A stretch of DNA of 64,000 nucleotides from IMG/VR virus record IMGVR_UViG_3300033429_000002, positions 6,072 through 70,071 of that record, one strand, 5' to 3'. The stretch is from a virus. The notes below the pieces were generated by a model. It was not told the origin of the DNA, searched no databases, and worked only from the letters and a program-made list of their open reading frames with translations. Below are positions 56,604 through 64,000 of this stretch, in pieces (position 1 is the stretch's first letter; the number at the start of each line of letters is the position of its first letter). The position numbers and the translations under genes were made by a program.

Positions 56604-58063
56604 GCTCCTTTCAGTAGTTTGTATCTTCCGTAAACCGGGTTCAAAGTTTGAGGGGCTGCCCCTAGCCAGCTTACACCGTCAGCCGAATATTGGTTTCTGG
56701 AAAAATCGACAAGTTCACCTGATTGACAAAGACCACTTGGTTGATACCCTAAATCAGACCAAAACACAACATACACCGACGTTCCTACAGGTATCGTGTG
56801 GTTTTTTATGGACGCCGAAAAAGATTGCGGAACTGAATGCGTGTCGTCGCTGGCGTCTTGGTACTGTCCGGTAAAGAAATCGGCCGGTATTCTTCGCACA
56901 TAGTCTACAGCGTCGCCGGTGGCGTCAAGAAAGATGTCCAATGGGGCATTTGGGGTGTCGTCGCTCGTGTCTATTGTTCCATGGTCGTCTACAGAGTATA
57001 TTGACATGTATTCGCTGTCAAAGTTTGCTGTAAAATAATTCGATGTTGATATGGTGCTATCAAATACAACCGGGTTCGCGAAGAATCTCTGGTCTGCTGT
57101 GTCAAATGATAAATTACACGAGTCAGATATTCTAGTGTGTCCTTTTATTTCATGGGCCTCGACTATAATATCAACGTAAGAATCCGGGTCGTCGTCGTTT
57201 CTTATCCCGTCGAAGTCGTGATCAAGGTGGTTATAGTACCTGTTCGCTTTCTTATCAGGCAGTCCTATTGACGCGAATTTCGACTCAATATTGCTATTTG
57301 TCTGAACAAGGTCTATATCTTTCGCTAGTGTTAATAGTTCATTTTTAAGAGCAAGATCGCCAGACGCCGACAGGGCCAAAGAGTCGCCCACGCTGGCCAT
57401 TAAAGACGCTTGTTGCGACGTCGTACTCCTCGCGTTTAGAATAATAACCGACACGGCTTGGTTTATCTGGTCCATTTTGGTGTCGCCTGATATATCACCA
57501 TCTTGTAACTCTTCCCCCGGAGCGGATGGCATGTTGAAAAAGTTTAAAACTCTAGTTTTTGCCTCGGCTCTGGCATTGTTCCACTTGTCAGGCATCGGCT
57601 GTGCGGCATAATCAACCTTGACTAATTTTTCAAAAATAGGAGTCTCGATAGTTGTTAAGACATTGGCATGTTTTTCACCAAGATCAGAGCCGCGTATATA
57701 ACCGTGTAAATTCATGACGTCGCTAATAGTATTCCTTATTTCATCATGAAAATGGGCCTGAATAAAGAGATAATAGTATTGATCAGGTATTGACCCGAAA
57801 TCGTACAGTCCCTCGTGATTAGCGATGTAATCAAGGTAATTATTCCCTGTTTGCTGCAAGTCGTTTGTTGGGTCGGTCCCAGCCGCCCTGGCAAGTCCGC
57901 CATACTCAGGCAATCCCTTATGTGCATAACCGGACGCTGCGAATGTCTCGACTGTTACTTGGTCGGCGTCTTTGCCTGGCACCCCGGCCGGGCCAGGTTC
58001 ACCCTTGCACCCGAACAGAGCCAGAGATGCGATAAATGTTAGGATAAAAATTAGCTTTTTCAT
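56591..58063 (-). CDS. Lipoprotein with short collagen-like linker
   Basis: MKKLIFILTFIASLALFGC lipobox, then GEPGPAGVPGKD; DHDFDGIRNDDD Ca-binding-like motif. Confidence 0.75.
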   Translation of the reverse strand: MKKLIFILTFIASLALFGCKGEPGPAGVPGKDADQVTVETFAASGYAHKGLPEYGGLARAAGTDPTNDLQQTGNNYLDYIANHEGLYDFGSIPDQYYYLFIQAHFHDEIRNTISDVMNLHGYIRGSDLGEKHANVLTTIETPIFEKLVKVDYAAQPMPDKWNNARAEAKTRVLNFFNMPSAPGEELQDGDISGDTKMDQINQAVSVIILNARSTTSQQASLMASVGDSLALSASGDLALKNELLTLAKDIDLVQTNSNIESKFASIGLPDKKANRYYNHLDHDFDGIRNDDDPDSYVDIIVEAHEIKGHTRISDSCNLSFDTADQRFFANPVVFDSTISTSNYFTANFDSEYMSIYSVDDHGTIDTSDDTPNAPLDIFLDATGDAVDYVRRIPADFFTGQYQDASDDTHSVPQSFSASIKNHTIPVGTSVYVVFWSDLGYQPSGLCQSGELVDFSRNQYSADGVSWLGAAPQTLNPVYGRYKLLKGAWLD

Positions 58064-58072
58064 GATCCCTCC

Positions 58073-58489
58073 TTATAGATCGTTGTTCTCAATTATTAAT
58101 TTAAGTGATTCTATATCCGACGCGTTGTCAATCTCAGTTTGTATCGACGCGTGTTCTTCCCTGATTATGACTCTGTTTGCCTCGGCCCCGGCTAAATCAG
58201 TCCCCGGTATCTGTCTTGATATGATTTTGTCAAAAGGCATCATTAATTTTGTTCTCTTCTCCCTGCGTTTATCATGAGCTATCAATTTTGATTTGTCAAT
58301 ATTGATATTGAGCCCAGATTCTCCCATCTCCCAGGCACCCCTAAAAGTCCTGTCAGAAGTGATTGATGATAAATCCACTATTTTATATTCTGCATCTTGT
58401 GGGATATCTTTCATACATTTCTCTATTGGTCCAGACGGGGTGATGACAGACAGGCCACCACCATTATTTTTAAAAATTATTACATCCAT
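58073..58489 (-). CDS. Tail fibre assembly/chaperone-like protein
   Basis: KDIP...Y.IVD...I.SDRTFRGAW motif; directly after the tail fibre gene. Confidence 0.7.
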   Translation of the reverse strand: MDVIIFKNNGGGLSVITPSGPIEKCMKDIPQDAEYKIVDLSSITSDRTFRGAWEMGESGLNINIDKSKLIAHDKRREKRTKLMMPFDKIISRQIPGTDLAGAEANRVIIREEHASIQTEIDNASDIESLKLIIENNDL

Positions 58490-58526
58490 TATTACTCTCC
58501 AGTCTCATTAGTATAAAATATTTTCA

Positions 58527-59957
58527 CTAGCCACCACTCCCGAATACAACAGCGGTTACAGAAACAAAATCCGCAACTAGGTCTGAACCCACGTTATTCA
58601 CGCATCTTATTGAAAAACCGTTGGCGGTTTTCAGCCCCGCAATAACCGCGTGATTTGAGTTTAATGTTACCCCGTTTAAGTCACCACTGGCAGCGACAGC
58701 GTAAGATCCATCTGCAAGAGGATTTATAAAGCTTATGGAGTATTGCCCCACCCCGTTATCGGTAATACTGCTCACGTTAAAAGAGTCATTAATGTCGACC
58801 GTACCAGTCCCGTTAAAATTAACCCACGCGCGCGCTGTCCTTTTGTCGTATTCTGGTATTTTTGTCGGCTGCTTATATTTTATTTTTTCAAAGTCGTTCC
58901 CGCTGCCGTTGAAAACCTCTACTAATCCGGCCCTAAAATCATACCCAGACGAGAAGGTGGGGGTTAGATATATTTCGTAATCCTCGCCGATTGTGAATAT
59001 GTCGTCCGCAAGAGGGGCGGTTATTTCTGACACCGCGTCCGATGATACCGTAGTCAGGGTCCCGTCAGTTTTGTTAAGAACAATAGAATTTTGCAGTACA
59101 AGGTCAGATAAAAACGTGGCGGACGTGTCTGGCAGGTTGCCGGATGACGTGCTAGTTGTTGTTCCTGTTAATATTGGGACCAACTTCCTTTCAAGACCGC
59201 CAGCACTATTAGCCCCGACATACGCCTCATACCAAGTACTGGGTTTTTCTGATCCGGCGTTCAAATCGGTGGGCATCGTAAACGTCAAATCAAGCGGCTC
59301 TATTATTTTTATGGTGTTGTTTGAATCAACGAGCTGTATCTTACTTGCATCAACATCAAGTGTAGCAACTGTTGCGATCTCTACGGCTAGGTTTGTGGCT
59401 TCCCACTCTATCGCTAAATTGTCGGCCTCTATCACGTTGTTTAATATCTTATCTCCCGACAAAACGACTACAGTGAGAGACCCCCCTGTTTTTATCCTGA
59501 GACCGTCCGATCCCTGAACTGTTAGCGTCCCGGTCCCTGATAAATCAATTTCTCCTCTTTGTCCTAGTCCCAGATCAAGGTCATACGCTAAGAGGTCTAT
59601 CGTGACACCCTGGAACATCACATGATCAAGATCGTCTATTGTGCTGATATCGACGTTGGCTGTAATTGTGTCCAGACCCCTCCATGCTATTCTGTCGCCG
59701 TCCAGGAACGCGACAGCTGCCCCATTTTTATTTTTGAAAGAAGTCGTCGACGAATCATAGTAACACGTAGCGAGGTTATTCGTGGCATCGCTTGACGTCC
59801 CTATTATCTGGTCGCATTGCATCTCGAACATCAACTGATTGAGATCTGCGAATACAACCTTTTCCTCCACCCAACCTGTTTGACGTTTAGAACCTGCTAC
59901 CGGCTGTCTTGAATCTACATCTATCCCCATCGGGGACTTGTTTAATACTCGTGTCAA
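58527..59957 (-). CDS. Tail fibre protein
   Basis: Follows baseplate genes; N-terminal GW...LNQL, C-terminal ARAWVNFNGTG..I.DSFNVSSITDNG.G.Y...F module. Confidence 0.8.
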   Translation of the reverse strand: MTRVLNKSPMGIDVDSRQPVAGSKRQTGWVEEKVVFADLNQLMFEMQCDQIIGTSSDATNNLATCYYDSSTTSFKNKNGAAVAFLDGDRIAWRGLDTITANVDISTIDDLDHVMFQGVTIDLLAYDLDLGLGQRGEIDLSGTGTLTVQGSDGLRIKTGGSLTVVVLSGDKILNNVIEADNLAIEWEATNLAVEIATVATLDVDASKIQLVDSNNTIKIIEPLDLTFTMPTDLNAGSEKPSTWYEAYVGANSAGGLERKLVPILTGTTTSTSSGNLPDTSATFLSDLVLQNSIVLNKTDGTLTTVSSDAVSEITAPLADDIFTIGEDYEIYLTPTFSSGYDFRAGLVEVFNGSGNDFEKIKYKQPTKIPEYDKRTARAWVNFNGTGTVDINDSFNVSSITDNGVGQYSISFINPLADGSYAVAASGDLNGVTLNSNHAVIAGLKTANGFSIRCVNNVGSDLVADFVSVTAVVFGSGG

Positions 59958-60571
59958 AATCCTACTCCTAAAATTCCGTTGCTTGTAGAATTGCCTGATA
60001 ACCCGTTCGGATCATTTAATTGATTTGGTGTTGATGTTAACTCAAATGGAGTTTGTGAGTAGGCGGCCAAGTCCATACCATTGCCACCTTGTTTTGCCTC
60101 TATTAGTGTATTTCTTATGGTTATCAGTTCACTTGCTGAAGGAATTGAGGAGACCGTCGCCTCCATTTTAAATCTTGCTGGTTGATATTCAATCAGGTCT
60201 ACCTTAGATGCTGAAGTAAGACTTCTGAATATTGATTTTACTACTGATATTTCGCCGGACCTTACTTTTTTCGATGCCTCGGCCAATAAAGAAGACCTGT
60301 ACTCCCCGTCTGTTTGTCCAGGGGTTCTAGAAAGGTCCAGAACCTCACCAAATATATTATCTAGTTGCAGACCAACCGCCTCAAATATATTAATTGTCGA
60401 ATAGATATCTTGTATTTCATCATACAATTGCTGTATTTCTGGAGTGAACGCTAGTATTATGTTTTTAACATTCGTTGAATTTGATAGAAAGTCTGGGAGT
60501 AAATCAACCGACCTTCCTTCATCATTCTCAAAATCAATATTTCCGAAGTCAAGTTCTAGTTCTGTACTCAT
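59954..60571 (-). CDS. Baseplate wedge protein (DUF2612/gpI-like)
   Basis: AVGLQLD.IFGE.L.L.R...TD.EYR motif. Confidence 0.75.
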   Translation of the reverse strand: MSTELELDFGNIDFENDEGRSVDLLPDFLSNSTNVKNIILAFTPEIQQLYDEIQDIYSTINIFEAVGLQLDNIFGEVLDLSRTPGQTDGEYRSSLLAEASKKVRSGEISVVKSIFRSLTSASKVDLIEYQPARFKMEATVSSIPSASELITIRNTLIEAKQGGNGMDLAAYSQTPFELTSTPNQLNDPNGLSGNSTSNGILGVGF

Positions 60572-61737
60572 TATGCGACCGTTATTCTTGATGAATCAAA
60601 AGATGCTTGCTCGTCAATGTCTATAATCACCTTTGTGTCAGTTACGGGAGTTATGGTTTTAGCAAAGTATAGTGTGTAAGAGTCTATCCCGTCGGTAGCT
60701 GTAACAGCTCTTTCAAGCTTTGGAAGTGTCACGTCTTCGCCAACCGCGTAAACTAAGGCAAGGATCGCAGCCTCAATATCGGCGTCTCCTGTTGCTGGAT
60801 ATATTGGACCCTCTCCCGGATCAGTATTTTTGGCTGTTATGGTTACGGTCACATACATGTCAACAAGGGTTACCCTCGCAAATCTTATCGCGAATGTTTG
60901 CCCGTCGATCGGATCGGTGTACGTGCCTGATACAGAACCGTCCGTGTATGTTCCCGCACCTTTTTTTATTCCCAACGTGTCAATTATATCCTGGTCTGTA
61001 CCACCAGCGACCAACGCTCTTATTGAATGTTCTGGTAATCCGTTCGCGTCAACTAAATCGGTATCATTTTCGAAAACTGCTACCGAAGTAACGTTTGATA
61101 CTCCTAATAGCGCGGCTTTTATCGCCACTACAGTGGCCGCACCGGTTGCCGCCAGTCTCGACTTTCTGCTTATTCTGTACTCTTCGTCTGTTTCGTCGTA
61201 TGACCCTTCCACGGAATCAACCGCGTTCACTATCGAAGTAACCCCTGACGGAAGAGACCCCACGTTAAGCGTTCCAGCTACCGACTGGATCGGGCCATCA
61301 TCAAGCGCCGTCATTGTGAATTCAAGAGGTTGAGACCCGATTATCGGCAAAACATGAGCTTCCGTAGTTTTAAAAATATCGCCGGTATTTTGTACTGATC
61401 TTGGGAACCCAGATGGGATAATTGATCCCTGAGTTCCAAGAGCTTGCACGACTACCGTAGACTTTGCCCCCTCTATCCTTGGCGTGTTAGTAATTGCCCC
61501 GATATTGTCAAGAGCTACACCCTCGGCGGCGTTGGGATTTTGGAACTCATATAACAGCCTGACAGCCTCCCATAGCTCCTCCATTTCAATCGTTAGCGGG
61601 TTATAAACATTCATCAAGGCGGAGTCGGTGTTCGTGTCTGTACCGCTTCCGAAAAATGGCCTGGCCCTTGCCTTTATACCTTCAGACATTTCGTCGAATG
61701 TTTTTGCAATGAACCCGCTACTTGTTAATCCTGCCAT
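60571..61737 (-). CDS. Baseplate J/gp47-like protein
   Basis: AEGVALD.IG, G..DETDEEYR, VFENDT...D.NGLP.HSI..LV.GG and K.GAG..T.G motifs. Confidence 0.92.
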   Translation of the reverse strand: MAGLTSSGFIAKTFDEMSEGIKARARPFFGSGTDTNTDSALMNVYNPLTIEMEELWEAVRLLYEFQNPNAAEGVALDNIGAITNTPRIEGAKSTVVVQALGTQGSIIPSGFPRSVQNTGDIFKTTEAHVLPIIGSQPLEFTMTALDDGPIQSVAGTLNVGSLPSGVTSIVNAVDSVEGSYDETDEEYRISRKSRLAATGAATVVAIKAALLGVSNVTSVAVFENDTDLVDANGLPEHSIRALVAGGTDQDIIDTLGIKKGAGTYTDGSVSGTYTDPIDGQTFAIRFARVTLVDMYVTVTITAKNTDPGEGPIYPATGDADIEAAILALVYAVGEDVTLPKLERAVTATDGIDSYTLYFAKTITPVTDTKVIIDIDEQASFDSSRITVA

Positions 61738-62108
61738 TATATATTGACCGCTGTTGTTAGGTTAACATCTCCCTGAGTTGTCTTAACTTGTGCTTCTAGT
61801 CTTGCTGTCCTTGTTCCTGATATCTCTGTTAGTGAAAACGATTCTAGTTTGTTATTTCCTCTAGTCCTTATGATAGCAGATTTCAATTCATCGATTGCAA
61901 CCGTGTCGGTTACATCCCTTCCGAATACGTTATTGTGATAGTCAACCCCGTAGTTAGTTTCCACGAAGTTCTCCCCGATATAAACTGACAAACCAAATAA
62001 ATATCTTTGCCCTATTTCCGGCAGTCCGGAAACTGTTGCCAGTCTACCGCTCACAAATTCAAAATCGTATGGAACCCCGTCGTTTACTCTTGTTAGTTTT
62101 ATATCCAT
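61737..62108 (-). CDS. Baseplate wedge gp25/gpW-like protein
   Basis: GE.F..TNYGVDY motif; lies between spike and J genes. Confidence 0.7.
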   Translation of the reverse strand: MDIKLTRVNDGVPYDFEFVSGRLATVSGLPEIGQRYLFGLSVYIGENFVETNYGVDYHNNVFGRDVTDTVAIDELKSAIIRTRGNNKLESFSLTEISGTRTARLEAQVKTTQGDVNLTTAVNI

Positions 62109-62779
62109 CAGAATTTTGTTATGTTACCGAGGGCTGATTGAAGCGCCTCGATGTTTGATATGGTTGGCGATAATATCGCCCCGTTTGTTGGCGGTCCTGT
62201 AGCCCCTCCGCCATTTGTGAAGGTTATCGTATCTCGTACAAATTTAAGCGATGTTATAACCTCTGTTAAGCTATCATACACCAACTTTAGCAGATCATCC
62301 GTATTATTTCCAATTTGGATTTTCTTGCTATCACTGACAGTAATTTTTCCTGCTACATCGGCTGTCAATGGAGTGGTTACAAGATCGTTTATGTATTTGT
62401 GACTAACGATAGGAACCGCAAAGGCGTGATTTATCGAATCCTTTACCGGGTTATCAAGTGACTGAGGCTCCTTACTGTGCTTCCACTGCTCTAGCGATTT
62501 ATCAGAGAAAAATATCAGAAGGTCGTCGCCTTTTTCAAGCGAATAATCAAAAACAATCCTTGGTGATCCCACATATCCAAGAGGAAGTTTTATCAATCCT
62601 ATATCAACCCCGTCCGAGTCTTTGTTGTGAAGTTTTGCTTGACAGAACCTAACACCGCTTGAATCATCTTCGACTGTATCGTATGATTGGAAAAACCCCG
62701 GTGCAAAGTTGAATTTGCTTTGATCGATGGTGTTGAAAACCGCTCTAACTAAGTCTTCGTAATCCTCTTCATCTGCCAT
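62108..62779 (-). CDS. Baseplate spike (Gp138/gpV-like)
   Basis: L.KGDD.LIFFSDKSL..W, AFAVP and C-terminal GG.TGPP.N motifs. Confidence 0.8.
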   Translation of the reverse strand: MADEEDYEDLVRAVFNTIDQSKFNFAPGFFQSYDTVEDDSSGVRFCQAKLHNKDSDGVDIGLIKLPLGYVGSPRIVFDYSLEKGDDLLIFFSDKSLEQWKHSKEPQSLDNPVKDSINHAFAVPIVSHKYINDLVTTPLTADVAGKITVSDSKKIQIGNNTDDLLKLVYDSLTEVITSLKFVRDTITFTNGGGATGPPTNGAILSPTISNIEALQSALGNITKF

Positions 62780-62781
62780 AA

Positions 62782-63744
62782 TTACCGCGCGAAGTTGTTA
62801 AAATTTGATCCGTCTATCTCTGAATACCAGTTATTCTCGTAAGTATCACCGCTGTGTTTCAGATCTGTAATGCTGATATTTTTATTTAGAACTTCCGATT
62901 CTATTCGGATCAATTGAAAAACCCTAAAGTCTGGTTGCATGTAGAATCTTGCAGTTGCCCCGGTATCCGTGTAAATTGGAGATCCTATCAACCCGTTTGT
63001 TTTGTCGAGTATTTTCTCTGGTATCATATTTCCAGGAGGGATTGTTACGGGGTTTCTGACATCATCAGACGACTTAAACCCACCACTCACAACATTAAAT
63101 TTTCCTTGATCAGTGAAAAATATAATATTGAATTCTTTGGCTATCTCGTCAAGTATCTGCGAAGCTTTTCCGCTGTAAGATAGGGACTTATTTTTCACGT
63201 TTCCAGTGTCTAAATATTTATCAATCGCAGCGTCAAAATTTTCATTGAAGTTCCCAGACTTTTGAATTCCAGCTTTCCCAGTTTGTTGCAGAAGTTTTTC
63301 AACCTCAGACCTCAAGAGAGATTTTAGGTTCGAACTTCTGACATCTATCCCGCTGATTGTCACATCCTTCGACCCATTCCACGGGTAGCCAACTTGCAGA
63401 CTTGAAACCCAGTCTCCTGTTTGCGGTTCTCTGATTGTGTAACCTCTTTGTATTGCCCCGCTAAATATCAATCCTCTTTTGCTTTGGTAACCGGCCTCAA
63501 GCTCTACAAGTGGACCGGTTCCAAACTCATCAGCTAGTAGATTAAACATGAGCTGTTTCCTTTTTGTCTGATCGAGATTGAATATTTTGATTACACCGGA
63601 ATAGTACCTGAAATCAATCGCCGCTGAAATGTCAAATTGCATTCTAAGAGAATTCCCGAACTGATCCGGTTTTATCTCAAATTCAAAAGAACCATCTTGG
63701 GCCGCTATTTTTAACCTCCAATATCTATCAAAAAATACGCTCAT
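62782..63744 (-). CDS. Baseplate hub protein
   Basis: F.RYW.L, I.IFNL, LEAGY....LIF.G, GLIGSP and H.GDT....W motifs. Confidence 0.8.
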   Translation of the reverse strand: MSVFFDRYWRLKIAAQDGSFEFEIKPDQFGNSLRMQFDISAAIDFRYYSGVIKIFNLDQTKRKQLMFNLLADEFGTGPLVELEAGYQSKRGLIFSGAIQRGYTIREPQTGDWVSSLQVGYPWNGSKDVTISGIDVRSSNLKSLLRSEVEKLLQQTGKAGIQKSGNFNENFDAAIDKYLDTGNVKNKSLSYSGKASQILDEIAKEFNIIFFTDQGKFNVVSGGFKSSDDVRNPVTIPPGNMIPEKILDKTNGLIGSPIYTDTGATARFYMQPDFRVFQLIRIESEVLNKNISITDLKHSGDTYENNWYSEIDGSNFNNFAR

Positions 63745-64000
63745 GGTTCTTCATATATAAGTGTGAATTCTTTATCAATCCCAAAGTTAGAAAATGAAGG
63801 TTTTGACCCCCTACCTGAGTTTCTGTAAACCCCAAGTTTTCCCGGAGGTAACGCGTCTAGATGATCGTATGGGTCCAGCAGGTTAATTCCGCTGACTATT
63901 TTAATTCCGTAAATTGCGGAACCTATATCTAAATACCACGCTCCGGTCCTTCTATACGGCTTGATTACCCACTGAAAATTTAATCTATATGTCTGTCCAG
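63741..64000 (-). CDS. Baseplate-associated small protein, partial at window edge
   Basis: Hand translation GQTYRLNFQW...WYLDI...GIKIVSGINLL..Y...; ATGA overlap with the hub gene. Confidence 0.6.
   Translation of the reverse strand, partial: GQTYRLNFQWVIKPYRRTGAWYLDIGSAIYGIKIVSGINLLDPYDHLDALPPGKLGVYRNSGRGSKPSFSNFGIDKEFTLIYEEP

Noticed and set aside
802-63183. Many plus-strand ORFs outside 7818-12187, including 29894-30494
   Set aside because: They are antisense shadows of well-supported minus-strand genes or of structured RNA, with no recognisable motifs.
1-64000. CRISPR array, integrase/att site, DGR or retron reverse transcriptase, DNA polymerase, alternative genetic code
   Set aside because: No spaced repeat array, no RT or recombinase motifs; core genes are intact in the standard code and use all three stop codons.

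Overview
The window is about 64 kb of a tailed, contractile-tail (myovirus-type) bacteriophage genome, almost all on the minus strand. Both ends fall inside the virion module: neck and head genes on the left, baseplate and tail fibre on the right. Sheath, tube and tape-measure genes therefore probably lie outside the window. It encodes a DUF2184-type capsid, DUF2213 protease/scaffold, DUF1073-type portal, TerL/TerS, a lambdoid-style replication module (initiator, loader, DnaB), ERF/SSB/PD-(D/E)XK recombination genes, RusA, several homing-type endonucleases and many small hypothetical ORFs. I saw no integrase or DNA polymerase. The most striking signal is non-coding. At 20916-21084 (-) there is a near-exact copy of the 23S rRNA GTPase-associated centre (L11/thiostrepton-binding H43-H44), with compensatory changes, a new closing stem and a ~100-nt structured insert. 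It lies next to a CCA-ended tRNA-like RNA whose anticodon loop is replaced by a branched helix. There are also several other structured RNA candidates, two degenerate tRNAs and an Rnl2 ligase plus RlaP nucleotidyltransferase pair. Together these suggest a phage translation-machinery decoy/repair system (inference). An inverted envelope cassette (PDZ-less site-2 protease, membrane coiled-coil protein, lytic transglycosylase, YdjM hydrolase) interrupts the head genes and carries a 59-bp direct repeat that gives two proteins nearly the same C-terminus. All family assignments come from motif recognition by eye; no database search was run.
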